NCBI GenBank assembly: GCA_044223735.1
Contig: JBGALR010000026.1
Span: 21,841-85,840, forward strand
Length of the DNA stretch: 64,000 nucleotides
Reading direction: 5' to 3'
Source: Limisphaerales bacterium
GTDB lineage: Bacteria; Verrucomicrobiota; Verrucomicrobiia; Limisphaerales; UBA8199
The translations under genes were made by a program, and so were the position numbers. Position 1 is the first letter of the stretch. Every line of letters starts with the position of its first letter. This document shows, piece after piece, positions 9,853-20,548 of the stretch. The notes beneath the pieces were generated by a model, which was not told the DNA's origin, made no database searches, and worked only from the letters and a program-made list of their open reading frames with translations.

Positions 9853-12177
9853 ATGTTTCTGTCATCTGAATCCGCCGGCAACGGCGGTCCGACTCTTCGT
9901 CTCCGAATCGTCCAATCGTTTTTGATTACCCTCGTCCTGCTCTGCTTCACGGTTGTCGCGCAGGCGGGCGATGATGATTTGCCGGCATTTCCCGGAGCCG
10001 AAGGTTACGGGGCGTTTACGAAAGGCGGCCGCGGAGGCAAAGTCCTGTACGTCACCACGCTGGAGGATTACGATCCGGCGAAGGGCGACGCGCCGATTCC
10101 CGGCAGTTTCCGGCAGGCGATTGATGCCAAAGGCCCGCGCAATATTCTCTTTCGCGTTTCCGGCACGATCTATCTCAAGGCTGAACTCGTCGTTCACCAG
10201 CCTTTCCTCACCATCGCGGGCCAGACGGCGCCCGGCGACGGCATTTGCATCGCCAAGTATCTGTTCCGGATCGAAACCCACGACGTCATCATTCGTTACC
10301 TGCGTTTTCGGCTCGGCGACCTCACGCACAGCGAAAGCGGAACGTTTCAAGTCGGCAAGGGTCAGGACATCATCATCGATCACTGCTCCATCAGTTGGAG
10401 CACGGACGAAAATTGCACGCTGCACGCGCCGGACGCGCGGAACCTCACGCTGCAATGGAGTTTGATCTCCGAAAGCCTGAACCGCAGCTTCCATCCCAAG
10501 GGCGAACACGGCCACGGTTCCCTGCTCCGCAGCGCCGAAGGCGGATTTAGCATCCACCACACGATCTACGCGCACAACAACGCCCGCAATCCCCGCCCGG
10601 GCGGCTATCCGGACAAGCCGGGCCTGTTGCTTGATTTTCGGAACAACATCGTTTACGACTGGGGCGAAATCTCCGGCTACAGCGGGCTGGAACGCACGCG
10701 TCTCAATTACGCGGGCAACTATTTCAAGCCCGGTCCCTCCACCGCCGAGGGCGTGCATGATTACGGTTTCAGCGCGCGCACCTACCACACGAAATTGTAT
10801 CTCGACGATAATTTCTTCTTCGGCCTGCCGGAAAAGACCGCGAACAACTGGATGATCGTTCGCAAATGGGGCGACTACGACGGCACCGTGCAGAGCACCA
10901 ATATCGTGAGCGAACCCTTCCCCGCGCCACCCATCACCCAGGACCATCCCGAAGTCGCCTTCGAAAAAATTCTCGCGGGCGTGGGAGCCACGCTTCCGAA
11001 ACGCGACCCGATCGACGCGCGCGTGGTGGAGGAAGTTCGCACGGGCAAGGGCCATATCATTGATTCCCAAAAGGATGTGGGGAGCTGGCCGGATCTGAAG
11101 CAGGGCCCGGTTCCCGTCGATTCAGACAATGACGGCATGCCCGACGAATGGGAAAAACAACACGGCTTCAATCCCAACGATCCGAGCGATGCCGCGCAGG
11201 ACGCCGACGGCGACGGCTATACCAATCTGGAGGAATATCTCAACGGCACCGATCCCCGGGTTTCCAACCGGCCGAAGCCCGGCGTGGATTTCGATGCGGT
11301 CCTGGCCAGACTGGCTGCGTCCAACAAGGCCTCCCGGGCGGAAATTGCGGCGGAAGTCCGGGCGCGTCCGCCTGGCTCCGGCTTCGAAGGTTCCGCTCCC
11401 ATTCCCGTTCGCAAAATGGAAGTGCGCCCGGCCACCGATAACAAAAAGGCGTTCATCGTGGTCATCAACAAGGATCTGCAACTGCAAATGAATCCCATTC
11501 CCGCCGGCACGTTCATGATGGGCTCGCCCGAGGACGAACCGGAGCGGCTGGCGGATGAAACCCAGCACCAGGTCACCATTTCAAAACCGTTCTACATGGG
11601 GACAACCTTGATCACGTCCGAGCAATACCACGCCGTCACCGGCGGTAACTCATCCCATTCGCGCAATGACGCCCTGCCAGCCGAGGTGGACTGGCCGGAT
11701 GCGGTCCGCTTTTGCGAAGCACTCTCGCGCAACACCGGGCACACCTTCCGATTGCCCACGGAAGCGGAATGGGAATATTGCTGCCGCGCGGGCACCACCA
11801 CCCCGTTTAACACCGGCGCGACCATTTCCACCGACCAGGCAAATTACGATGGCAAGTTTGTTTATCCCGGCGGCCAGCCCGGCAAGTATCGTCGCGGCCC
11901 GACCCCGGTCGGCAGTTTCGCGCCCAACGCCTGGGGACTTTATGACATGCACGGCAACGCCTTTGAGTGGTGCTCGGATTGGTACGGGCCCTACGCCAGG
12001 GGCGCGGTCATTGATCCACCGGGCGCGCCCGACGGCTCGGACCGCGTCATTCGCGGTGGCAAATACGGGAGCGGCCCCCGCTACCTCCGCTCCGCCTCGC
12101 GCTATTCCTACAATCCAAAAAACTCCTCCGTGGTTTTCGGATTCAGGATTGTCATGAACGCGGACAAAACGAAATAA
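9853..12177 (+). CDS. Fusion protein with an N-terminal pectate lyase (PL1-like), thrombospondin-type-3-like Ca-binding repeats and a C-terminal FGE/SUMF1-like domain
   Basis: The N-terminus reads FPGAEGYGAFTKGGRGGKVLYVTTLED...GSFRQAID...LTIAGQTAPGDGICI...VIIRYLRFRLGD, a PL1-like pattern. DSDNDGMPDEWE...DADGDGYTNLEEYLNGTDP lies at 11119-11256. The C-terminus reads IPAGTFMMGSPEDEP...WGLYDMHGNAFEWCSDWY...RVIRGGKY, an FGE-sulfatase fold pattern. Confidence 0.8.
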   Translation: MFLSSESAGNGGPTLRLRIVQSFLITLVLLCFTVVAQAGDDDLPAFPGAEGYGAFTKGGRGGKVLYVTTLEDYDPAKGDAPIPGSFRQAIDAKGPRNILFRVSGTIYLKAELVVHQPFLTIAGQTAPGDGICIAKYLFRIETHDVIIRYLRFRLGDLTHSESGTFQVGKGQDIIIDHCSISWSTDENCTLHAPDARNLTLQWSLISESLNRSFHPKGEHGHGSLLRSAEGGFSIHHTIYAHNNARNPRPGGYPDKPGLLLDFRNNIVYDWGEISGYSGLERTRLNYAGNYFKPGPSTAEGVHDYGFSARTYHTKLYLDDNFFFGLPEKTANNWMIVRKWGDYDGTVQSTNIVSEPFPAPPITQDHPEVAFEKILAGVGATLPKRDPIDARVVEEVRTGKGHIIDSQKDVGSWPDLKQGPVPVDSDNDGMPDEWEKQHGFNPNDPSDAAQDADGDGYTNLEEYLNGTDPRVSNRPKPGVDFDAVLARLAASNKASRAEIAAEVRARPPGSGFEGSAPIPVRKMEVRPATDNKKAFIVVINKDLQLQMNPIPAGTFMMGSPEDEPERLADETQHQVTISKPFYMGTTLITSEQYHAVTGGNSSHSRNDALPAEVDWPDAVRFCEALSRNTGHTFRLPTEAEWEYCCRAGTTTPFNTGATISTDQANYDGKFVYPGGQPGKYRRGPTPVGSFAPNAWGLYDMHGNAFEWCSDWYGPYARGAVIDPPGAPDGSDRVIRGGKYGSGPRYLRSASRYSYNPKNSSVVFGFRIVMNADKTK

Positions 12178-12210
12178 TCCCCGCCAGCACGTCACCCTAC
12201 GATTCATCGC

Positions 12211-13014
12211 ATGAAGATCGGCACCACCACGTTTGGATTTCGCTACTCATTCCTCGACCGCGCCAACAGCATGAAACTTGCCGAGGTCATCCGGCAGGTG
12301 CGCGCGGCCGGCGTCGAACGGTTGCAAGTTTGCGAGAACGTCCATCCGCTGGAGATTTCGAAAAGCGACTGGGACGACGCCCGCCGTTGTGCCGCCGACC
12401 TCGGAGTTGAACTCCAGCTCGGCTGCAAAACCCTGCGGCCCGAAACCGTGGAAAACTACATGCGCCTCGCGGAGGAACTCCAGTGCAACCAGTTGCGCAT
12501 CGTGATGGAGGAACATGCCGAGCACGCCACGCGGGAAAACGCCGTGCCGCTCCTCGAAAACATCGTTCCCAAAATGCGCGCGGCGGGGATGCGACTGGCC
12601 ATCGAAAATCATTTCGACATTCCGTCCGCGCTGCTTGTCGAACTCGCCGCCGAGTACGCCGCGAAGGACGTCGGCTTCTGCGTGGACACCGCCAACTCCC
12701 TGCGCAGTTTCGAGCCCACTCATGAAGTCTTCGACCTCCTGGGCAGCCGCGCCTTTTGTTATCACCTCAAGGATTTTCGCGTCATCGGCGGCATGATCAG
12801 CTTCTCCGTGGTTGGCACGCCGCTGGGCGAAGGCCAGCTCGATCTCGATGCCTGCCTCAAATACATCTTTGACAACACGCCGGACTGCCCCCTGTTCGTC
12901 GAGACGTGGACACCCGGCGAAAATGACCGCGCCGGTGACGCCGCGCGCGAACTGGACTGGCTGCAACGTTCCGTCACAAACCTGCGCGGCGCACTCAAGA
13001 AATATGTATCTTGA
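12211..13014 (+). CDS. Sugar phosphate isomerase/epimerase (xylose isomerase-like TIM barrel)
   Basis: 267-aa ORF with the family pattern LRIVMEEH, RLAIENH, CVDTANS and YHLKD. Confidence 0.75.
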   Translation: MKIGTTTFGFRYSFLDRANSMKLAEVIRQVRAAGVERLQVCENVHPLEISKSDWDDARRCAADLGVELQLGCKTLRPETVENYMRLAEELQCNQLRIVMEEHAEHATRENAVPLLENIVPKMRAAGMRLAIENHFDIPSALLVELAAEYAAKDVGFCVDTANSLRSFEPTHEVFDLLGSRAFCYHLKDFRVIGGMISFSVVGTPLGEGQLDLDACLKYIFDNTPDCPLFVETWTPGENDRAGDAARELDWLQRSVTNLRGALKKYVS

Positions 13015-13095
13015 CAATCCTTGCCCGCTGCAAATTCGTCCTACATTTCGATAACTTCCTCCTATCTGCCGGGACGTGGGAGACCTACGTTATGG

Positions 13096-13899
13096 ATGCT
13101 TTCAAAAGGGCCGTTCAAGATGCAAGAAGAGCAACCATTCCTGGCTTTCCGCGTGCGCAACGCCGACCCGGAGCGAAAAGGGCGCGCTTTCACCCTGATC
13201 GAATTGCTGGTCGTCATTGCCATCATCGCCATTTTGGCGGCGCTATTGCTGCCTGCGCTGGCCAAGGCGAAGGACAAGGCCATGCGGACCAATTGCATCA
13301 ACAACCATCGCCAGTTGATCGTGGCCGCCCATATGTACGGCATGGACAACGACGACCGTCTCGCCTGGCCCAATTGGGCGTGGACCAACCCCGGCTGGGT
13401 ATTTGGCGCGGTGGGCAGCCAGAACAACATCCCCGATCCGACCAAGTCTCCTTATCTGGCGAACCCGCCGGACGCTTACACGAACGGTCTCTGGTGGCCG
13501 TACATGAAAAGCATGAATTCCTACACCTGCCCCGCGGATCGCAAGGGCCCGAATTTCTCGCTGCGCAAAAACAAGCTCTCCAGTTACAAAATGGACGCGG
13601 CGGTCTGCTCTTATTCGCGGGTGAAGCAAAACATGAAAATGACCGCGGCCTACAGCCCGCTCTGTTATCTGTTGTGGGAACCCGGCGATCCGGGCGCGGC
13701 CAATATGATGGTATGGTGGGATGCCAGCAGCTATCCCGATTCCGGCGAGGGTCTGGGGGCCGTTCACAGCTCGGGCGGCGTCATTTCCGCCATTGGCGGC
13801 AACGTGACCTCCATGAAAACCAACGACTTTCAGAAACTTGTCTCCGACCCCAATAAAAACTTCGTTTGGTGGGCCCCCGACACCGCCAATGGTCACTAG
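13096..13899 (+). CDS. Prepilin-type N-terminal cleavage/methylation domain protein (PVC-type pseudopilin-like, H-X9-GG variant tail)
   Basis: Contains [31 protein letters not shown] and a C-terminal [12 protein letters not shown]. The start choice between ATG 13096 and 13120 is uncertain. GGGAG sits about 13 nt upstream of 13096. Confidence 0.8.
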   Translation: MLSKGPFKMQEEQPFLAFRVRNADPERKGRAFTLIELLVVIAIIAILAALLLPALAKAKDKAMRTNCINNHRQLIVAAHMYGMDNDDRLAWPNWAWTNPGWVFGAVGSQNNIPDPTKSPYLANPPDAYTNGLWWPYMKSMNSYTCPADRKGPNFSLRKNKLSSYKMDAAVCSYSRVKQNMKMTAAYSPLCYLLWEPGDPGAANMMVWWDASSYPDSGEGLGAVHSSGGVISAIGGNVTSMKTNDFQKLVSDPNKNFVWWAPDTANGH

Positions 13900-16198
13900 T
13901 CTCGCGCGACTCGTCCTGCTTCCATTTCGTCCTCGGTCCGGTTGCCCTCGTGGCAATCGTCCCGCCGGTCTCGCTTTAATCATCCTGCTGCTTGCCGGCG
14001 TCGCGAACGCGGCCGTATTTCCGGGCACGAGCTGGGACACCAAAAGCCCCGCCCAAGCCGGCCTCGACGGCACCAGGCTCGATGACCTGGCAACGATGCT
14101 CGGCGGCCGGGGTTGTGTCATCAAAGACGGTTACGTCGTGAAAACCTGGGGCGACCAGGCGCAATTGGGTGACTGGTTTTCCTCCGCGAAACCGGTGCTG
14201 AGCACGATGTTGTTCTTCGCCGTGCAGGAGGGGCTCGTCACCAACGTCGATCAACCGATCGCGTCGCTGGGCTGGCCGTTGAAGGAAAAAGACAAGTCGA
14301 TGACCTTCCGCCATCTCGGTGCGATGACCAGCGGCTACGCGCGGCCCGAAGCTCCGGGCACAGCCTGGGCTTACAACGACTACGCCATTCAGCTCTATCA
14401 GAAATCGCTGTTCGACAAGGTTTACCAGGCCGATCCCAAACAAACGTGCGAACAATCCAATCGCCTTGGGGCGTTGCAATTTCAGGACGGCTTGCAGTTC
14501 TCCGACATCCGACGCATCTCGGCTTCGGTTCGCGACTGGGCGCGCATCTGCTGGTTCTGGATGAATCGCGGCCAGTGGGGTGACCGTCAGGTGCTTCCGA
14601 AACATTATTTCGACGATTACATGAAGCCGCAGGTGGCGACCAACATCGCCTTTTCAGCCGACGCGCCCACCGATGATTACTTGAAAATCGGGTCCTACGG
14701 CGGCGAATCCTTTCGGAAGGCGAAGCAGGGGCCCGGCATCTACGGCTTCAACTGGTGGTTCAACGGTTACGGCCCGAAACATCTCAAATCGCTGACCTGG
14801 CCCGATGCACCCGCCGACACCGTCATGTCCCTGGGATATCAGGGAAACAGTTCCGCCATCATCCCCAGTCTCGGCATGGTGATCGTTTGCGCCGGCGGCA
14901 AATGGGACGACCTCAAACCCGGCAAACCGGAATCGGGCATCAACCAGGCGCTCAAGCTCGCGGCGGAATCCGCGGGTTATCATGCGAAGAACACCACTTA
15001 TTTTCCGCCTTCGGACGCGCAGGGCGGCTGGCGCAAAGTCACCACGGCGGAGGACATCCATCGCGTGGCCGGCATGGACAAGGCAAAGTTGGATGAAGCC
15101 TTCAAGCTCGCCGAGGACAGTACCACGAACGGCGCATTGGTGGTCATCCGCCACGGCTGGCTCGTTTACGAAGGCTACTACGGCCGCGCGAATCGCGACG
15201 CGCTATGCAATCTCGCCTCCTGTGGAAAATCCTTCACCAGTATCGCCGTGGGCGCGTTGATGAAGGAAAAGCCCGAGCTATTTCCCGACAAGCTCGATCA
15301 GAAGATTTTCACGCCGACATATCTGCCGCCGGAGGCTTTTCCGCTTTCCGACCCGGAAAAGGCGAACATCAAGCTCGGTCACCTGCTCTGTTTCAGCGCC
15401 GGCATTCGCGGCAATAATCCGAGCTACGTGGACGGCCATCAGGTCACGATTGATCCGGTGGGGCCGGACGGCTACAAGGCCTGCATCGATGCGGTCGCAC
15501 TCGGCCGGCTCGACATGACGAACAAAGGCGAAGTCGTCTCCACCAAAACGCTCTGGTGCAAACCCGGCGAAGGATATTCCTACGCCACGGCTTCGGCTCA
15601 TATCGCCTCCATCATCGTACGGCACGTCAGCGGCATGGAACTCGAGGATTATCTGCGCACCCGCGTCGGCGATCCGATGGGCTGGGGAAACTTCACCTAC
15701 GCCTACAAACAATATGCCGCCGTCAACCACAGTCCCGGCGGCGGCGGCATAGCGGTGCGCCCGACCGATGTCGCGCGCTTCGGCTACATGCTGCTGCACG
15801 AAGGGAGCTGGCAGGAACGCCAGATCATTCCCGCTGACTTTGCGCGTCAATGCGCCCACAAATCCGCGTACAACACGAGCTACCCCTACAGCATGCAGTT
15901 CGCCCAGAACGCGGACGGCATGGTCCCCAAGGTGCCCCGCGACATGTTTTTCAAACAAGGCGCCGGCGGTCACGTTTTGTGGATTGTGCCGTCTCTCGAT
16001 CTCGTCGTCTGGCGGCTCGCCGGTCGCAACGATCAATACGATCAGGACAACACCGGCGCGCCACTTTCCGCTGAATCCTTGAAAGGCGATGAGACCCGCA
16101 AGGATTTCAAACCGACCCTTAATCGCGGCACCGCCGAAACCGAGATCATCCAGAAGGTGGTGGAATCCGTCACGACCAGCAGCCAGGCATCAAAATAA
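13889..16198 (+). CDS. Secreted protein with two tandem beta-lactamase-like serine hydrolase domains
   Basis: The start ATG 13889 overlaps the end of the preceding gene, and a signal-like segment follows. Each half carries an S-x-x-K motif in the expected context ([14 protein letters not shown] and [14 protein letters not shown]). Confidence 0.75.
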   Translation: MVTSLARLVLLPFRPRSGCPRGNRPAGLALIILLLAGVANAAVFPGTSWDTKSPAQAGLDGTRLDDLATMLGGRGCVIKDGYVVKTWGDQAQLGDWFSSAKPVLSTMLFFAVQEGLVTNVDQPIASLGWPLKEKDKSMTFRHLGAMTSGYARPEAPGTAWAYNDYAIQLYQKSLFDKVYQADPKQTCEQSNRLGALQFQDGLQFSDIRRISASVRDWARICWFWMNRGQWGDRQVLPKHYFDDYMKPQVATNIAFSADAPTDDYLKIGSYGGESFRKAKQGPGIYGFNWWFNGYGPKHLKSLTWPDAPADTVMSLGYQGNSSAIIPSLGMVIVCAGGKWDDLKPGKPESGINQALKLAAESAGYHAKNTTYFPPSDAQGGWRKVTTAEDIHRVAGMDKAKLDEAFKLAEDSTTNGALVVIRHGWLVYEGYYGRANRDALCNLASCGKSFTSIAVGALMKEKPELFPDKLDQKIFTPTYLPPEAFPLSDPEKANIKLGHLLCFSAGIRGNNPSYVDGHQVTIDPVGPDGYKACIDAVALGRLDMTNKGEVVSTKTLWCKPGEGYSYATASAHIASIIVRHVSGMELEDYLRTRVGDPMGWGNFTYAYKQYAAVNHSPGGGGIAVRPTDVARFGYMLLHEGSWQERQIIPADFARQCAHKSAYNTSYPYSMQFAQNADGMVPKVPRDMFFKQGAGGHVLWIVPSLDLVVWRLAGRNDQYDQDNTGAPLSAESLKGDETRKDFKPTLNRGTAETEIIQKVVESVTTSSQASK

Positions 16199-16200
16199 TT

Positions 16201-19200
16201 TTGAAATTGAACTCCGTCATTGCGCAAGTGGGCGGCGCATTGCTGCTGCTTTTCCTTTCCAATGCAACTCTTCCCGCCGCGCCGATCCGCGTGGATCTGG
16301 CCGGCTTCGCCCGCATCGTGCGTTATGCGGGAAATTCTCCCGAGACGTTCGCCGTCCAGGACCTCAAACGCGAGGCCGATGGCTGGCGCGCTTACCGGGG
16401 CGAAAACGGGCAATACCTGCTGGGTCTCGAATGGGACGAGCCGCGCGACATCGCGGAAGTCAGCGTCGAGTTCGCGACGGACTTTCCCCACTATGACGGC
16501 ATCGGCGTGGAATACGCGCAACAATTCTGGCCGAGCCTGGAAACCGGCGGCTGGGCGCCCATCGACGATCCATTCCACGGAAAATGGACGACGGCGAAAA
16601 CACAGAACGCCTGGCGCGGCGAACGAAATATCACGCTCATCTTTGGTCAACTCAACGAGGAACCGGGGCGTGAAGGTTTGCATGGCCTGCGGTTCCGACG
16701 GACTTATCGGCTCCGTTTGACGTTCGGCACGAACGAGCCGCCGGCAATTCGCGCCGTGCATGCTTATGCCGTCCGCCCCACCGTCGAAGGCCGCTTTGCG
16801 GTGCGCGCAGGCAAAGGCAGCGTCGTTCCCCCACCCTGGCGCGTGCAGGTTGTCAACGGCGCTTTGCTCGACGAACGCGGTTTGCCGTGCAGCGAATTGA
16901 TTTTGGTGTCCGCAACCAATCTGCAAGTCGCTTATTTGCAAAGTGACGTGGAAACTCAAACACGCACAGTGGTCACTGTACGATGCGAGAATGATCCGCT
17001 GCGCGGTTTTTCGTTTCTTCCACAGGAAGCAGAAAGTCGCGGTGAACTGAAAATTCCCGCCCTTGGCGTGGACGTCGCGGCATTGGACGCGACGGGAGCG
17101 CACGCTCCCTTGCAGCCCGGTCAGGCCATTCTGGATCGTGTCGAACGGGAGCCGCAGCAGACCTTCGCCCGGGCGCGACGGGAAATCCCGGCGTTGCGCA
17201 AAAGCGGGCAGCGTGATCGTCCGATGTATCTCCCGCTTGGTCCGCCGGACGCGCGCCAGGAAATTGCGGTGAGTTATGACGGCAGCTTTCTCCTCCACAA
17301 TTCCTCGTTGAAATCCACCGCATCGGATTCGGCGCGCATGCAGTGGCCCGGGCCGGCCTGGTATCTGCGATTGCACGGTGGCGAATCGTCGTTTGAACAA
17401 TCCGCCGAGGGCGCAGTGCGCCAGCGCTTGCTCGATGGCTATCTGCCCATCGTCATCAGCTCCTGGGAAAGCGGCGGCATTCAATACGAGGAAACCTGTG
17501 TCGCGACTTTCCTGAATGGCGAACCCGCCGCGATCCAAGGCGATGAAACCGTGGTGTTGCTCGCGCGGTTGACCATGTCAAACCCGGGGAGCAATTCCGC
17601 CACCGCCACGGTACAATTGCAAACCGAGCCGGGCGAGCGATTGCAACTCACCAACAACGACGTTTACGCCACCGGTTCCGCCGGTGAAACGGCCACGAAC
17701 TATTCCGCGCCGCGATATCGTTTCTGGCTTAGTCATGAACCGACCGCCCGCAACGTTCCTTCTCCCGGCGCAACACTGGTCACTTCCCAATGGTCCGTCG
17801 CGCCCGGAGAATCACGCCGGTTGGAATTGCGCGTCCCCTTCGTGACCCTCGACACCGCCGCGGAACGCGGACAAATCGCCGCGCTCGACTTTGATCGCGT
17901 GCTTGTCGCCGAATCCAATCGCTGGCAGAAAATCATCGCCCAACAGGCGGTCATCGAAGTGCCGGACCGGTTGCTCTCCGATTTTTACAAAGCCAGCCTC
18001 GCGCACATTTTGATCACCGGCGATCGTGATCCGCTGAGCGGCTACGGCCTTCTTTCCGCCGGCACTTTTCTTTACGGCCTGTGCCTCAACGAAGCCTGTC
18101 ATCAAATCCGGTCGCTCGAAATGCGCGGCCTCCATCAGGTCGCGCAAAAATATCTCGACGCCATCATCGCCGGACAGTCCCGCATGACCTTGGGCGGACG
18201 ATTTGGCGACATGGCGGGCGCATTGCGTGGTGTCCGCCTCGGTGATCCCGCCAAAGAGCAGTTGCAAGGCGGACCTTACAATCTCGATCACGGCTTCGCG
18301 TTGTGGATATTGAACGAACATTACCGCTTCACCCGCGATCAGGATTGGTTGCGGCAAAACGCCCCGGCGCTGATCGCTGCCTGTGATTTTGTGACGCGTG
18401 AACGCTCGCAAGGTTCGGGCACCAACACATTGTCGTCCAGCGACGCGCGCTGGGGCAACGGTCTCCTGCCGCCGGGGCAACTGGAAGATCCGCCGGATTG
18501 GTTGTGGTGGCTCTCGGTGAATGCCTACGCCGCGCGCGGCATGCTCGCGACAGCGGAATCACTGAGGGAAATCAATCATCCCGACGCCGGTCGCATCGCC
18601 CGCGATGCCAGCGCGTATCTCCAGGCGGTGCGCGATTCCTCGCGTGAAGCGATGTTGCGCGCGCCGGTCGTGCGATTGCGGGACGGCACTTACATTCCAT
18701 TTCAACCGACGCGAAGCCGGTTGCGGGGACGCGACGTCGGCTGGGTGCGGGACGGTCTTTACGGTCCCGTGCATCTCATCGATTGCGGCATCTATCCGGA
18801 TAATTCGCCGGAGGCCGGATGGATTCTCCGGGATACCGAGGACAACGTTTTCATCGGCGAGGAACGCGGACGCAAGCTCACGGACTTCGAAAGCCAGTGG
18901 TTCAGTTGGGGCGGCATCACCATTCAGGCCAATCTGCTGCCGAATCCGCTGGTGTACATCAGGCGCGACCAGCCCAAGGCGGCGCTCCGCGCGTTCTACA
19001 ACGTGCTCGCGACGTTTGTTTACGAGGACGTCCGTGCGTTTTGCGAACATCCCGTGGACGCGCTTGGCCTGGGCGAGGGACCGTTTTATAAAACGCCGGA
19101 TGAATCCGCCTTCGTCGTCTGGCTGCGAAGTTTGTTAATTTGCGAAAACGGGTCCGACCTGGAATTGTTGCCGGCAGTGCCGCAGGAGTGGCTCGAAGAT

Positions 19201-19470
19201 GGGAAGGAAATCCGCCTGCGCGGCGCGGCGACGTGGTTTGGGCCGGTCGATCTGCACGTCGCGTGCAAGGATGGCCGCATGGATATTAACGTCTCTGGAG
19301 CCAATCGAAATGCGCCCGGCGCGATTCGTCTGCACCTTCGGCATCCTGAATCCATCAGCCGCATTTATGTGAACGGCCAGTCCGTCTCCAGGGCGGAAAT
19401 GAAGGCCGGCGTAGTATTACTCGACGGAAAATCCGGGAAGATTTCCCCGGTGCCAGCTCACAAGGAGTGA
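16201..19470 (+). CDS. Large secreted protein, possibly a six-hairpin (alpha/alpha toroid) glycoside hydrolase; family not recognised
   Basis: 1089-aa ORF beginning at TTG 16201 (alternative GTG 16228) with a signal-like N-terminus. The central region (YNLDHGFALWILNEHYRFTRDQDWLRQNAPALIAACDFV) resembles toroid glycosidases. The functional call is weak. Confidence 0.5.
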   Translation: MKLNSVIAQVGGALLLLFLSNATLPAAPIRVDLAGFARIVRYAGNSPETFAVQDLKREADGWRAYRGENGQYLLGLEWDEPRDIAEVSVEFATDFPHYDGIGVEYAQQFWPSLETGGWAPIDDPFHGKWTTAKTQNAWRGERNITLIFGQLNEEPGREGLHGLRFRRTYRLRLTFGTNEPPAIRAVHAYAVRPTVEGRFAVRAGKGSVVPPPWRVQVVNGALLDERGLPCSELILVSATNLQVAYLQSDVETQTRTVVTVRCENDPLRGFSFLPQEAESRGELKIPALGVDVAALDATGAHAPLQPGQAILDRVEREPQQTFARARREIPALRKSGQRDRPMYLPLGPPDARQEIAVSYDGSFLLHNSSLKSTASDSARMQWPGPAWYLRLHGGESSFEQSAEGAVRQRLLDGYLPIVISSWESGGIQYEETCVATFLNGEPAAIQGDETVVLLARLTMSNPGSNSATATVQLQTEPGERLQLTNNDVYATGSAGETATNYSAPRYRFWLSHEPTARNVPSPGATLVTSQWSVAPGESRRLELRVPFVTLDTAAERGQIAALDFDRVLVAESNRWQKIIAQQAVIEVPDRLLSDFYKASLAHILITGDRDPLSGYGLLSAGTFLYGLCLNEACHQIRSLEMRGLHQVAQKYLDAIIAGQSRMTLGGRFGDMAGALRGVRLGDPAKEQLQGGPYNLDHGFALWILNEHYRFTRDQDWLRQNAPALIAACDFVTRERSQGSGTNTLSSSDARWGNGLLPPGQLEDPPDWLWWLSVNAYAARGMLATAESLREINHPDAGRIARDASAYLQAVRDSSREAMLRAPVVRLRDGTYIPFQPTRSRLRGRDVGWVRDGLYGPVHLIDCGIYPDNSPEAGWILRDTEDNVFIGEERGRKLTDFESQWFSWGGITIQANLLPNPLVYIRRDQPKAALRAFYNVLATFVYEDVRAFCEHPVDALGLGEGPFYKTPDESAFVVWLRSLLICENGSDLELLPAVPQEWLEDGKEIRLRGAATWFGPVDLHVACKDGRMDINVSGANRNAPGAIRLHLRHPESISRIYVNGQSVSRAEMKAGVVLLDGKSGKISPVPAHKE

Positions 19471-20480
19471 GTAAGACCGCCGGCGGTGCTGGCCGCGGCG
19501 GCGTGGCTGCGACGCCATTCGCGCGGTGATTTTTCAAACGCCTGCCGGAAGCGGCGGTCGAAATAGCTCTGGTCCGAGAAGCCGCATTTCACCGCGATTT
19601 CGGCGATGGTCATGTCGGTCTCCCGGAGCATGCGCAACGCGTTCATGATGCGTACGCGAGTGACGTGCGCGACGAATGTCATGCCCGAAACCTTCTTGAA
19701 CACCTTCATGAATTGCGCCTGGCTCATGTGCGCCAGTTGCGTCGCCTGCGCGATGGTGATGCGTTCGGCATAATTTTGCCGCACGTAATCGAACACGCGC
19801 GCGAGCCGCTCGGCCTGCTGGCGATGCTGCAGATATTCGGAACGCAATACTTCCGCCGCCTGAAACTGGCGCGTCAGCAAATGCAAAATCTCCAGGAAGC
19901 TCGCCTTGCAGCCGGACTGCGAATAAACCACTTCCTTCGAGTGAAAATAACGCCGCATCAATTCGGCGAGCGCCACATGGACCGGCGCGGCCAGCGCGTC
20001 GGTCGCGCGCAACACATGCGGGAAGCCCTCGCGCTTGGCGTAAAACGGAATCAGAAACGCGTAGTCACACGAGGGCGAGCCGGCGCCATAGACGAACTCC
20101 GGCAGAAAACTGATCGCAATCAACCGCGTTTTGAAGCCGGGAAAATCAACGAGGTTGTGCAGCTTCAGATTGTCCACCACCAGCATGTCCCCGGGCGCGA
20201 GCTCGACATTCTGTTCACCCATGCACATGCGCGCCGGCGCGTCGAGCGGGATGGCCACTTCGAGACGCTCATGCCAGTTCGAGATCGGGGTGTAATGCTT
20301 GGAGGAAAACTGAAAGAGGCTGATGCGAAACGGAAATTCCTTGTCCAGGTGCAGGTCGTAGTGGCCCCGATTATCCAGCAGGCGCGCGATATCGTGCGGC
20401 TCGAACTTCAAGCCGCGACACGAGGCAAGCAGGGCGTTAAATGCCTTTTGATGATCGTTCGGCTTGCTTTTCAGAGTCAT
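19458..20480 (-). CDS. AraC-family transcriptional regulator
   Basis: Cupin-like N-terminus plus a C-terminal double HTH (ITIAQATQLAHMSQAQFMKVFKK...IAEIAVKCGFSDQSYFDRRFRQAFEKSPREWR). Confidence 0.9.
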   Translation of the reverse strand: MTLKSKPNDHQKAFNALLASCRGLKFEPHDIARLLDNRGHYDLHLDKEFPFRISLFQFSSKHYTPISNWHERLEVAIPLDAPARMCMGEQNVELAPGDMLVVDNLKLHNLVDFPGFKTRLIAISFLPEFVYGAGSPSCDYAFLIPFYAKREGFPHVLRATDALAAPVHVALAELMRRYFHSKEVVYSQSGCKASFLEILHLLTRQFQAAEVLRSEYLQHRQQAERLARVFDYVRQNYAERITIAQATQLAHMSQAQFMKVFKKVSGMTFVAHVTRVRIMNALRMLRETDMTIAEIAVKCGFSDQSYFDRRFRQAFEKSPREWRRSHAAAASTAGGLTHSL

Positions 20481-20548
20481 TCGCTGTCTCGCAGATTACA
20501 CGAAAATACGTGTGATTGAACAGCCCTTTCTCGGTTGTCGCGGCACAT

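Noticed and set aside
9862-11070. 402-aa minus-strand ORF, and similar long antisense ORFs at 8417-9538, 16042-17538, 30193-31314, 25726-26628, 19665-20519, 43942-44586 and 61715-62374
   Set aside because: Each lies fully inside, and opposite to, a gene with clear family motifs. All have low-complexity R/G/A/D-rich composition and no motifs.
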